64,000 nt of DNA from contig JBDRCT010000013.1 of NCBI GenBank assembly GCA_043821445.1, positions 82,149-146,148 on the forward strand. Direction: 5' to 3'. Below are positions 38,341 to 47,150 of this stretch, one piece after another (the first letter of the stretch is position 1; each line of letters begins with the position of its first letter). The translations under genes were made by a program, and so were the position numbers. This stretch comes from Candidatus Omnitrophota bacterium. GTDB taxonomy: Bacteria; Omnitrophota; Omnitrophia; Omnitrophales; Aquincolibacteriaceae. The notes below the pieces were generated by a model. It did no database searches. It worked only from the letters and a program-made list of their open reading frames with translations, and was not told the DNA's origin.

Positions 38341-38385
38341 TTGACAAAGATACACCTCTTGACTATTATTGGCATATGCTAATAA
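38341..38385 (+). promoter_or_regulatory. Promoter plus palindromic operator ahead of DUF134 gene 2
   Basis: TTGACA-N17-TATTAT overlapping TTATTGGCATATGCTAATAA (38366-38385). Confidence 0.8.
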
Positions 38386-38400
38386 CCTCTGAAGAAGCCC

Positions 38401-38703
38401 ATGCCAAGACCTTTTAAATGTAGACGCGTTTGCGGAACGCCCGGAACAGACTATTTTAAGCCCAGAGGTATTCCTCTCTCCAATCTCCAGGAAATCGGCC
38501 TAACGATTGATGAGTTTGAAGCGATCCGCCTTGCGGACTTGGAAGGCCTTTACCAGGAGGACGCCGCCAAGAAAATGGACATCTCCCGTCAGACATTCGG
38601 AAACATCATTGCGTCCGCTCATAAGAAGATCGCAGATGCCATTGTGAATGGTAAAGCCCTTAAAATCTCGGAAAACAAAGATATTAAGGAAACACAGACA
38701 TGA
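38401..38703 (+). CDS. DUF134 (UPF0251) HTH regulator
   Basis: MPRPFKCRRV, YFKPRGIP, DEFEAIRLADLEGLYQEDAA..M.ISRQTFG. Confidence 0.93.
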   Translation: MPRPFKCRRVCGTPGTDYFKPRGIPLSNLQEIGLTIDEFEAIRLADLEGLYQEDAAKKMDISRQTFGNIIASAHKKIADAIVNGKALKISENKDIKETQT

Positions 38704-38873
38704 TAAAGATCGAAGGAAAACTGTGCAACGGCTGTGGAATCTGCAAAGAAATTTGCCCAGTAGACGGGATCAAGATTATAGACGGTAAGGCTGTAGCTAA
38801 TGAACAATGCATTGATTGCGGGACCTGCATCGCATCCTGTGCGTCCGGAGCGATCTCTCCGGCTGAAAATTGA
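38700..38873 (+). CDS. 2[4Fe-4S] ferredoxin, 57 aa
   Basis: Not in the ORF track: CNGCGICKEICP and CIDCGTCIASCASGAI; ATGA-coupled to DUF134. Confidence 0.9.
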   Translation: MIKIEGKLCNGCGICKEICPVDGIKIIDGKAVANEQCIDCGTCIASCASGAISPAEN

Positions 38874-38886
38874 TCCGGTATTGATT

Positions 38887-39480
38887 ATGGACTCAGTGCT
38901 GCTGTCACTCAGGAAAAGGACAAGGCAGTTCAAGCGATACGGCTACGACCTCCCTGCCTCCCGCCGGTTCATCTGGAAACTATCAGGTATTTGTCACGGG
39001 GAAGTCCTCGAAATCGGAACCGGCAAGGGGCATTTGACCGCCCTGCTGGCCCAGAAAGGTCTCAAGATCATCTCGGTCGATCTTGATGGAGAGGTTCTCA
39101 AGACCGCAAAAACTCACCTGTCCGCGCTAAAACTCAGTAAACGCGTTTCGCTCCGGAAGATGAATGCGGAAAGACTCCGGTTCAAGTCAAGGAGTTTTGA
39201 CAACGTGATCTCCATAGATTTTTTTCATCACGCCCGAAACCCGCTCCGTTGCCTCCGGGAAATGATGCGAGTAACTCGAAAGACCTTAACAATCGCGGAT
39301 TTGAACCAAAACGGTATGCGGATCATGGACCTTGTTCATAAAAGTGAAGGAAAGAGACACGAAACCCCCAAGATCCCATTTGGAGACCTAAAAAAGCATT
39401 TTCTCGCACATCATTTTAACGTCAAAAGTTATCGTCACCCATGCCACCAAATTTTTGTGGCGCAAAGGAGGAGTTCATGA
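38887..39480 (+). CDS. Class I SAM-dependent methyltransferase
   Basis: VLEIGTGKG, SVDLD, MNAERL.F....FD, FFHH. Confidence 0.88.
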   Translation: MDSVLLSLRKRTRQFKRYGYDLPASRRFIWKLSGICHGEVLEIGTGKGHLTALLAQKGLKIISVDLDGEVLKTAKTHLSALKLSKRVSLRKMNAERLRFKSRSFDNVISIDFFHHARNPLRCLREMMRVTRKTLTIADLNQNGMRIMDLVHKSEGKRHETPKIPFGDLKKHFLAHHFNVKSYRHPCHQIFVAQRRSS

Positions 39481-39842
39481 AGATCTGCATCCCCACAACA
39501 ACCAAAGACGGAAAGTCCGCCCAAGTTTACGAACATTTCGGAAGTGCGCCTTTTTTTACTATTTGTGATTCAGATAAAAACACTATCGAGATCATCGACA
39601 ACGCAAACCAGCACCACTCCCACGGCATGTGCCAGCCCATGAGCGCGCTCGTCGGAAAAGAAATCGATGCGGTCGTTACCGGAGGCATGGGAGCCAGAGC
39701 TGTCCAGAAACTGAACGAAGGCAGGATCAAAGTCTACCGCGCCATCCCCGGAACTGTCGAAAATATCTTGAAGCAATTTTCAAAAGGTGGTCTTCAGGAA
39801 CTGACTATTGAGAATGCCTGCGCTCAACACGGGTGCCATTAA
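39477..39842 (+). CDS. NifB/NifX family Fe-Mo cluster-binding protein
   Basis: MKICIP, HFGSAPFF, HHSHGMC.P, VVTGGMG.RA, C-terminal CAQHGCH. Confidence 0.9.
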   Translation: MKICIPTTTKDGKSAQVYEHFGSAPFFTICDSDKNTIEIIDNANQHHSHGMCQPMSALVGKEIDAVVTGGMGARAVQKLNEGRIKVYRAIPGTVENILKQFSKGGLQELTIENACAQHGCH

Positions 39843-39875
39843 ACATTCCGGTGTGAGGATCTGTAGACTAAACAT

Positions 39876-40343
39876 ATGCGACAAACCCAAGAAAAGCTTA
39901 AATCATTACAAAGCCGTTTTCATGCGGCCTGCGTAGTTTGCGGAAGAGAAAATCCTCAAGGCATGAAATTGCCTTTTCACACCTGCAAGGACGGCTCGGT
40001 CAAAGCATGGTTCTTCTGCGATCAGCTTTTGCAGGGATATCCCGGATTGATGCATGGTGGCGTGATCGCGGCGATCCTCGACGGAGCGATGATGAATTGC
40101 CTTTTTGCCCAGGGTAGAATAGCCGTGACAGGGGTTTTGACGGTTTGTTTTGTGTCCCCCCTTGCCGTAAAACAGACTGCGACCGTCCGGGCACGGGTGA
40201 AAAAATCTATTTCCTCGTGTCATATCTTGGAATCAGAACTCTTGCAAGGCAGGCGCACCGTTGCGAAAGCGACGGCCAAATTCATGGAATGCACGGAACA
40301 TTTTCTCAGACAACATAAAATAGCGGAGGAGGAAAGAAAATGA
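39876..40343 (+). CDS. PaaI family hot-dog thioesterase
   Basis: CVVCG.ENP.G, QGYPGLMHGGVIAAILD.AM. Confidence 0.88.
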   Translation: MRQTQEKLKSLQSRFHAACVVCGRENPQGMKLPFHTCKDGSVKAWFFCDQLLQGYPGLMHGGVIAAILDGAMMNCLFAQGRIAVTGVLTVCFVSPLAVKQTATVRARVKKSISSCHILESELLQGRRTVAKATAKFMECTEHFLRQHKIAEEERK

Positions 40344-40513
40344 ACTTGTGGATCCGGCTGCTGGCCTTTGTGTGTGAAATCTGCCCTTTATGTATCACGG
40401 CGAGGTGTTTCCCAAATTCCAAATTCGCCGCGAGCATGAAGCGACTAGAAAAGTTTTGCCCTTTTTGCAGCGCCCACGAAAAGTTAAAACAAGATAACGA
40501 AAAATCTCAATAA
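40340..40513 (+). CDS. Small Cys-rich hypothetical protein, 57 aa
   Basis: Not in the ORF track: CEICPLC...FCPFCSAH; GGAGG SD, ATGA overlap. Confidence 0.75.
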   Translation: MNLWIRLLAFVCEICPLCITARCFPNSKFAASMKRLEKFCPFCSAHEKLKQDNEKSQ

Positions 40514-40516
40514 ATC

Positions 40517-40861
40517 ATGAAAGAGACGGCTAAAGCTTATTTTTTAGGAAAAAAAGGATCCCGCAGGCTGAATTGCGCTCAATCGGTGGCTGAGACATTC
40601 CGGGAGAAATACCCTCTGGACGAGAAAAAAACGACTATTCTCTCCGCATGCGGTGGGGGCATGGCCCCGGAGGGATACTGCGGCGCGTTTTACGCAGCAA
40701 AATGCCTTCTGGACTATCATTCCCCCCATCGCACCCAAGAAAGCATGGCGCAGCTTCATTCTGCCGCAGGCTCCCTCAAATGCCGGGAGATCAAAGCTTT
40801 AAAAAAACTGCCGTGCGTCGGCTGCGTTGAAAAAGCCGCGGAAGTGGTCGAAGAAAAATGA
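40517..40861 (+). CDS. C-GCAxxG-C-C family putative redox protein
   Basis: LNCAQSV, GGG.APEGYCGA, GSLKCREIK, CVGCV. Confidence 0.85.
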   Translation: MKETAKAYFLGKKGSRRLNCAQSVAETFREKYPLDEKKTTILSACGGGMAPEGYCGAFYAAKCLLDYHSPHRTQESMAQLHSAAGSLKCREIKALKKLPCVGCVEKAAEVVEEK

Positions 40862-41565
40862 AAATTCGGCTTATTGCCGAAGGCTCAACAAGACGCGAAC
40901 GAAAGATCCTCCGGTGGGGCCTGGCCTTTCTTGTCGGGAACGTTCTCTTTGACACCTTCGGCCGGAAAGATATTTTTAAAAGAAACATCAGGCGCTTCGG
41001 GATTGATCTGTCCCGCGTCAAACATGTCGTGATCTCACATGAAGACTGGGACCACATCGCCGGGCTTGAGAATTTTCTTAAAACTCATCCTAAAACACCT
41101 GTTTATGTCTGCAGGAAATCCGGTAACGCGTTAAGAAAAATAATCCGCAGCAACGGCGGCTCACTTATCGAAGTCGACAAACCCCGAAAGATAAGCCGCA
41201 ATATTTTCTCTCTCGGTCAAATGCGGGCCGATACAGGCCGAGGCATTCTTTATGAGCAGGCTCTCGTTGTGAAGTCGCGACATGGTTTTTCCGTGATCAC
41301 GGGCTGCGCCCACCCAGGGATCTTCCGGATCATCAGACAGGCCATCAAGATATTCGGGAATAAAATTTACACCATTTGCGGCGGATTCCACATGAAGGAC
41401 AATACGCAGGAAGAGAATTAAAAAATCATCGAAAAACTTCAAGCGCTCGGCATTAAAAAGGTCATCCCCCTCCACTGCACTGGCGCAACTGCCCGCCGAT
41501 TATTCCAAAAAACCTACGAAAGGAATTTTGTGACCTTACGCGAAGGCAATACGCTTACCCTCTAA
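40858..41565 (+). pseudogene. MBL-fold metallo-hydrolase interrupted by an in-frame TAA at 41419-41421
   Basis: LFDT, ISHEDWDHIAG, TGCAHPG, GGFH before the stop; the same frame continues KIIEKLQALGIKKVIPLHCTG... to TAA 41565. Confidence 0.8.
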
Positions 41566-41569
41566 ACGG

Positions 41570-42511
41570 TCAGGTCGCGAAGGCGACTCGAAAGATACCT
41601 GTGGTAAGCTGGTCTTGATTGCTGCCCAGGACGTCCTGCTGAACGCCGAGGTCGAAGCGGAGATGATCGCCCGCCGGAATGATCGCGCCCGCTACCACAC
41701 TCACAAGCTTTCCGCCTTTGCCGGGGTTTTCAAAACTATGGTTATAAATAACCTCCATCTGAGGGTGAAGCCAGGAAAGCAACTGGTAACCCGCCGCCGC
41801 ATTAAAATTCCAGGTGCCGCGGTAGTTCCCCGTTTTTTTCGAATTCGCAAGCGGTACGTTGTAACCCGTGTTCAAAGTCCAGCAGAACCGTTTGTATTCC
41901 TGGGTGTAGATCAGATTGTTCGCAAAACTTACATAACCCGCCCCCGGCCCCAGATGATCAAGATTGCTGCGTCGGCCCGTCGGCAAATAGACCGTCGGGC
42001 TATAAGCCAGTTCGAATTTTTTCTCCTTATTCTCGTAAAACCGCCAACGACCCATAACCCCAAGGTCCCCGCGGCCGCCTCCGTGTGTCGGCCCGCCGAT
42101 CGTATCTTCCATTGCCTCGCCGGTCAACGGATCGATCTCGTCGGCGACTTCATTATCATTATTGTTTTTGTCGAAAAGATGATAAAAGCTCTGGAAGATC
42201 GCCATATCAATGTCCTTATAGAGTCCGATATAGGTCTCGACATCCCAAGCGTGAGTGAGATAGGTTCCCCGGTGATAACGCTCTGCATCCGTTTGCCAAG
42301 CGAATTTCCCGCCACGAAGCGAATAGGCAAGATCGACCTCGACATGGCCGGGATCCGTAGGTGTAGCATCTAAGGTCAGCAGCTTGGAATGGCATGCTTC
42401 TGTTTCTTCCTCATTTTGAATGGCAGGATCAACACGTATTTGTTCTGACGCTAGGGCAACGGATGTGAAAACTACGCTAAAAAAAAAGATGGGGAAAAAT
42501 CGCGCCTTCAT
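41570..42511 (-). CDS. Putative outer-membrane beta-barrel channel, paralogue 2 (end of the nikMN-nikR operon)
   Basis: Signal peptide MKARFFPIFFFSVVF; shares DATP.DPG.VEV, PTGRRSNLDHLG and LGVQQDVLGSN with paralogue 1. Confidence 0.7.
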   Translation of the reverse strand: MKARFFPIFFFSVVFTSVALASEQIRVDPAIQNEEETEACHSKLLTLDATPTDPGHVEVDLAYSLRGGKFAWQTDAERYHRGTYLTHAWDVETYIGLYKDIDMAIFQSFYHLFDKNNNDNEVADEIDPLTGEAMEDTIGGPTHGGGRGDLGVMGRWRFYENKEKKFELAYSPTVYLPTGRRSNLDHLGPGAGYVSFANNLIYTQEYKRFCWTLNTGYNVPLANSKKTGNYRGTWNFNAAAGYQLLSWLHPQMEVIYNHSFENPGKGGKLVSVVAGAIIPAGDHLRFDLGVQQDVLGSNQDQLTTGIFRVAFAT

Positions 42512-42516
42512 AGTCG

Positions 42517-42912
42517 TTATTCCGTCGAACAAGCAATCAAGTCTCCGCCCTTGATCCCTTTCAATCCGATCAGCTTTTTTGACAGACCATTCAGCTCTTT
42601 CGCATGGCCCTTCACGAGAATGGTTTCGAGACAATTGTGGTGGTCCAGATGCACATGCTGGCCCGAAAGAATGAGGTGATGATGGCCATGCTGGATGGTC
42701 ATGAGATTGTTAAGAAGATCGCGCCGGTGATGGTCATAGATCAGCACGATGCAGCCGGCCACCAGCCGGTTGTCCTTCCATTTGTCCTGGAGTAAATTTT
42801 TCCGTACGAGAAACCGTATCGCCTGCGAACGGTTGGGAAGTTTGTGTTTGGACACGAGGCGGTCCAATTCTTTCAAAAGAGAATCTTCTAAAGAAACTCC
42901 GAATCGTTTCAT
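42517..42912 (-). CDS. nikR: Nickel-responsive regulator
   Basis: RFGVSL ribbon-helix-helix, NRSQAIR, YDHH, HVHLDHHNCLE. Confidence 0.96.
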   Translation of the reverse strand: MKRFGVSLEDSLLKELDRLVSKHKLPNRSQAIRFLVRKNLLQDKWKDNRLVAGCIVLIYDHHRRDLLNNLMTIQHGHHHLILSGQHVHLDHHNCLETILVKGHAKELNGLSKKLIGLKGIKGGDLIACSTE

Positions 42913-42925
42913 TGTTCTTCTCCGA

Positions 42926-43840
42926 TTACGCTGCGGTTTTGAGTTTCATGCCGGTAAAGCATCGGGCCAAAAGCCAGCCCATGGCAAAAGTCAACAATAC
43001 GCCGATCAAACCGGCCAATCCTATGGACAGAATCCCGTTTTGCAGCGCCGGAACAGCATAATCCGACAACGGGCTCACGAATGCGGGTGCGGCTTCGTGC
43101 AAGAACTGATATTTTTCAGCAACCCATTCGAGCCCGTCTGGAAATCCGCTGGCAAAAGGACTCCACAAAGCTCCGATTGTCACGGCCGCCAAAAGCGGTA
43201 CTCCAACATTCCACTGTGGAGAACGGCTTAAAGCTTTCGATGAAAGAACGCGGTAAGCTGCCACAGCAATCAATCCTTCACCGACCCCGATCAAGGCATG
43301 AACGCTTAACATCGTACCGGCAACCCTTGCAAAAGGGATCGCTCCCGAAACTCCCAGTTCGATACTGCACGCCAGCGCCGCCAAGATCACGGAAAGCCAT
43401 CCCGCCACACCAAGCGATGACAAGCAGAAGACCGAATCTTTTGCAGAAGCCCCTGCAAATCGCTTAAAAAGGAATCCTCCCGCCCCCGCTCCGATCAAGG
43501 CCATGTTCAGGATGTTGGCGCCAAGGACCGATGCGCCGCCGTCGGAAAATACAAGACACTGGATAAGAAGGACAAGCGTGATCGCCAGAATACCGAAAGG
43601 AACGCCGAGCAAAGCGGATGCGAGCACGCCCCCCAGGAGATGACCAGATGTGCCGTTCTGGATGGGAAAATTCATCATTTGTGCCGCAAAAATAAATGCC
43701 GCGACCGCTCCGAAACGGGATGCCGCAGGTTTTTCTTTGGACCTCAATGCCATGATCGCGGCGGCGGCAATGCCGAGCGCGCTTACGGTGGCAGTAACGG
43801 GACAAATCTGACCGTTGAGCATATGATCCGGAATGTGCAT
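42926..43840 (-). CDS. nikMN: ECF nickel/cobalt S-component, fused NikM-NikN (PDGLE domain)
   Basis: N-terminal MHIPD, FAAQMMNFP..GTSGHLLG, DGG...LGAN, HALIGVGE, PDGLEWVAE. Confidence 0.9.
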   Translation of the reverse strand: MHIPDHMLNGQICPVTATVSALGIAAAAIMALRSKEKPAASRFGAVAAFIFAAQMMNFPIQNGTSGHLLGGVLASALLGVPFGILAITLVLLIQCLVFSDGGASVLGANILNMALIGAGAGGFLFKRFAGASAKDSVFCLSSLGVAGWLSVILAALACSIELGVSGAIPFARVAGTMLSVHALIGVGEGLIAVAAYRVLSSKALSRSPQWNVGVPLLAAVTIGALWSPFASGFPDGLEWVAEKYQFLHEAAPAFVSPLSDYAVPALQNGILSIGLAGLIGVLLTFAMGWLLARCFTGMKLKTAA

Positions 43841-43875
43841 GCAAGACCTCCTTGAATTAGCGTGAAAAGAAATAG

Positions 43876-43923
43876 GTGTTACGTTTCTTAGGAAGATGCT
43901 ACTCAAAAAGATGTGGCTGTCAA
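43876..43923 (-). promoter_or_regulatory. nikMN promoter and candidate NikR site
   Basis: GTGTTAC-N13-ATGCTAC (43876-43902) overlapping the -10 of TTGACA-N16-TAGCAT. Confidence 0.7.
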
Positions 43924-43973
43924 TCTTTTTTAGATTACTCGTCTAATGCTTGAGTTGACCCTTCCAGAAAGTT

Positions 43974-44804
43974 TTATTGTTTTGACAATCTAGGAAGCAA
44001 AGTTCTTATTAGCGCGAGTAAGATCAAGAGCCCTCCGAAAACGCATACCACCGCTGCTCCGGTCGGAAGATCAAAGCAATAGGAAAGCCCAATCCCTGCA
44101 AGGCTCGCAAGGATCCCAAAACCCCACCCTAAAAAAAGCCTGCCGGATATTTTATCCGAAAAAAGGATCGCTCCGACCGCCGGGATGATCAGAAAAGCAA
44201 AAACCAGAAGCACGCCCGCGATACGCACCGAGCTCGTTACCACGAGACCAAAGGTCAGATAAAAAAGGATGTCCCACCATCGGACCTTGATCCCTTTTTG
44301 AGAAGCCACTTCGGGTTGGGTCGAGATCAGAAGAAACGTCTTACGGAAATACCAGTGGAATAAACCCACGATGCCGTAAAGGACCGCCATCGTCACAATC
44401 TCGGGAAAACCCACCAAAAGGATATTGCCCACAAGCATGTGCCGGATCTCTTCATCCCCTTCCGCCGCCCGACTCAGGATCAAGACGGCTGCGGCAGCAG
44501 CGACCGCATAGACGATCCCAATAATGGCCTCCTGGGGGATCTTTTCTCTGCGGGTTCGCGTCACGGAAAAGATGATGGCTCCGACAAAAGTCGCACCGAG
44601 GGAGAACCAATAGGTTGCATGTCCGTGAAGACTGAACCCGAACATGAAGGCAAGAACCGCGCCCAAAGCCGCGATCTGTGCCAGAGCCAGGTCCACAAAA
44701 ATGACCTTCCTTTCAACGACATGGACCCCCAGATAGGTATGGATCCCCGTCAGGATGAAGCAAGCCAACAAAGGTTTCCACATCAAAAGAAAAAAATCAC
44801 TCAT
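43974..44804 (-). CDS. Metal ABC transporter permease (ZnuB/MntB family)
   Basis: YLGVHVVERKVIFVDLALAQIAALG, QEAIIGIVY, AGVLLVFAFLIIPA. Confidence 0.9.
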   Translation of the reverse strand: MSDFFLLMWKPLLACFILTGIHTYLGVHVVERKVIFVDLALAQIAALGAVLAFMFGFSLHGHATYWFSLGATFVGAIIFSVTRTRREKIPQEAIIGIVYAVAAAAAVLILSRAAEGDEEIRHMLVGNILLVGFPEIVTMAVLYGIVGLFHWYFRKTFLLISTQPEVASQKGIKVRWWDILFYLTFGLVVTSSVRIAGVLLVFAFLIIPAVGAILFSDKISGRLFLGWGFGILASLAGIGLSYCFDLPTGAAVVCVFGGLLILLALIRTLLPRLSKQ

Positions 44805-45742
44805 GAAGCACTGCCTTTCTGCTCACCCAATGCGCCTTCGAGCAGGCTGATGTCTTGTTCCATAAGGGATATATAGTCTTTCGCGTTCTCTGGTTCGCCA
44901 ACTGCTTGTGACAAATTGACGATCCGAATACCCGTTTCTTCTGCTATTTTCTTGGGGGTTCTGTTCTCCTCGAAGTATTCCTTGATGATCACCTTCGCGC
45001 TTTTGTCTTTTATTTGCTGAATAAGTCCCGCAAGATGTTTTGCCGTAGGAGGAATGCCGGGCTTGGGTTCCACCTCTCCGATCACTGAAAGACCGAACCG
45101 CTTAACGAAATAGGACCAACTACGGTGATAGGTCACGACCGGGGCGCCCTGGAATCCTGCCATTCGCTCTTCCCAATCTTTGATCTTTGCATCCAGTCGC
45201 TCATTAAAATTCACTGTGTTTACCCTGTAGAAAGCCGCGTTTTTGGGATCCACACTCGCCAATCCTTCGGCAATATTCGAGGCAATGACCTTCGCATTCT
45301 CGGGATCGCCAATGTAATGAGGATTACCGAAAATATGGATGTCTCCTTCGGCCCGCGATAAGGCAGCGGGGATCTCAAGGAGCGAGATCCCTCTGGAGAC
45401 ATCAATAGAAGATTTTCCCTCTCCTAAAAAACGGGGGTTGCCAGCGGCATCCAGTAACGGCTGACGCCAGGCTTCCAGATCCAGCCCTTCGTGAATGAAC
45501 ACATCCGCCCGTTTGACCCTGAAAACATCCTTGGGGGTCGGTGCATAATGATGGATGTTCTGTTTGGGCGAAGCGATCGCTTGAAGGCGGATCTTATCCT
45601 GGGCCACTTCCTTGGCGATACTGGCCAGAGTGGTGGTCGTCGCGACGACACTCAGTTTTTCCGCTCCGAAAAGAGTCCCTGAAAAAAGCAGCAAAAAGCT
45701 TAGGCCCAAAGTTAATGCGATATTTATCTTTTTAGTAAGCAT
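44801..45742 (-). CDS. Metal ABC substrate-binding protein (ZnuA/TroA family)
   Basis: VVATTT, IHHYAPTP, GLDLE.W, GNPHY, DP.NA.FY, YHRSWSYF, EPKPGIPP. Confidence 0.92.
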   Translation of the reverse strand: MLTKKINIALTLGLSFLLLFSGTLFGAEKLSVVATTTTLASIAKEVAQDKIRLQAIASPKQNIHHYAPTPKDVFRVKRADVFIHEGLDLEAWRQPLLDAAGNPRFLGEGKSSIDVSRGISLLEIPAALSRAEGDIHIFGNPHYIGDPENAKVIASNIAEGLASVDPKNAAFYRVNTVNFNERLDAKIKDWEERMAGFQGAPVVTYHRSWSYFVKRFGLSVIGEVEPKPGIPPTAKHLAGLIQQIKDKSAKVIIKEYFEENRTPKKIAEETGIRIVNLSQAVGEPENAKDYISLMEQDISLLEGALGEQKGSAS

Positions 45743-45767
45743 AACAATTCTCCTGTAATTAAAAGAT

Positions 45768-47108
45768 CTATTGAATGGCATGTTTGTGGTTGCCCGCTAA
45801 AAAATCCACTACGAAAAACGCGGCATTGTCCGTTTTTTCGCCGCCCGCATAGACCGTGTGCGAATATTGCAATTTCACATCTACATACTCGCTTTGCCAG
45901 AAGATCAAATAAGGCGAAACCGATGTGGTGCCATGCTGACCGGAGACATCGAGCGGATTAACATAATCAAAACGGACTCCAGGGCTTAACCTCGGGGAGA
46001 GCTTGTACTCCACAAGCGAATAAAAACCCCATGGCTTTGCATTGGTGGAATTAACAAGATCCGGTCTGTTCTGAAAATAAATCTCGTTCTGCCATGTCAT
46101 CTGTTTCCCCTCAGGCAGGAACCAATTAAAGGTGGCATCTCCCCCATACACCTTTACACCATACCAATCGGTTCCTTCCGGTCGTGTCCATTCCGTGGTC
46201 GTTCCGCTACCGTCATCGATCGTTAACGGCGGATTGACGGTCCCGAACATTGTCGTCCAGCCTAATTCCAGATTTGTATCGGACGATGGCTCAAAGAAGG
46301 TTTTGAGGTGCGTATTGAAAATAGGACGTCTCGAAACCCCGGCAAAACTCGCGCCGTTATTTCCCCGCAAGATTTCTCCGGTAACCTCTAAAGGCAGATC
46401 CCAGGGATTCGGAATGTTGTTCCTAAGACGCAGCCCGGATGAAGACAATCCTTCGTCCCCGAAAAAGTTCTGGATAACTAGCGGATAGTCCGCCGCGGGT
46501 AGTGCGTGGGCATGCATGAGATTCGCTTTTCCGATGTTGGCGCGGAATTTGCCGATCTGTCCCGTGAACCCAAGTGGCAATCCCCATCGGGTGTAATATG
46601 CCTCTTCGAGATGAATGACATGCTCCTCGATATGATCGTTAAGACTGATCGTTGCATCAAACCGGGAGTAGGGATCCACCACTTGCCCCAGAGTAATTTC
46701 AAACTCTTTCAGCGCGGTCGCGTTATTGCCCTCCGTGTCCGACTTGTTCTGGGTCAATTTTGTTTGCACCGTCCCCGCAATCCCGATATCCGGGTTCCAT
46801 CCTGCATTGGCCTTGGGATTTGCCAGCGTAGGGGTTTGCGGTATCGCTGCGGCTTGGAGAGGGAGCAAAGTCTGTTTTTTCTCAAACACCTCGATCCGAT
46901 AATTTTGCCGCTCGATAATTTCGTTTTGGGCCCGGACTGTCGATTTCAGGACTTCCATATTGCTTTCCATGGTGGCAACCATCCGTTTGATGTCCGCCAT
47001 TTCCTGCACAAGGTTTGGCCTGCCATTGGGTTCAGCCAATGCAGTTCCGATAGGGCCGAGGTAAAAAAGAGACAATAAAAGAGAAAATATCCATAGATGA
47101 AGTCGCAT
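45768..47108 (-). CDS. Putative outer-membrane metal-uptake barrel
   Basis: Signal peptide plus coiled coil, NPDIG, VDPYSR, EEAY, GKFR..IGK.N..HAH, C-terminal G.HKHA. Confidence 0.7.
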   Translation of the reverse strand: MRLHLWIFSLLLSLFYLGPIGTALAEPNGRPNLVQEMADIKRMVATMESNMEVLKSTVRAQNEIIERQNYRIEVFEKKQTLLPLQAAAIPQTPTLANPKANAGWNPDIGIAGTVQTKLTQNKSDTEGNNATALKEFEITLGQVVDPYSRFDATISLNDHIEEHVIHLEEAYYTRWGLPLGFTGQIGKFRANIGKANLMHAHALPAADYPLVIQNFFGDEGLSSSGLRLRNNIPNPWDLPLEVTGEILRGNNGASFAGVSRRPIFNTHLKTFFEPSSDTNLELGWTTMFGTVNPPLTIDDGSGTTTEWTRPEGTDWYGVKVYGGDATFNWFLPEGKQMTWQNEIYFQNRPDLVNSTNAKPWGFYSLVEYKLSPRLSPGVRFDYVNPLDVSGQHGTTSVSPYLIFWQSEYVDVKLQYSHTVYAGGEKTDNAAFFVVDFLAGNHKHAIQ

Positions 47109-47150
47109 AGTGACACTCCTTTCCTGCGTTGTGAATCGGAAGAAAAATGC

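Noticed and set aside
39477-39842. Nitrogen fixation gene cluster
   Set aside because: The NifX-like domain is widespread in non-diazotrophs; no nifHDK in the window.
41419-41421. Selenocysteine/pyrrolysine or alternative-code readthrough
   Set aside because: The codon is TAA, and TAA, TAG and TGA all serve as normal stops throughout the window.
43841-43973. Cobalamin or NiCo riboswitch upstream of the CbiM/NikM gene
   Set aside because: No B12-box or multi-stem structure is visible and the space is short; a promoter plus NikR-like site explains it.
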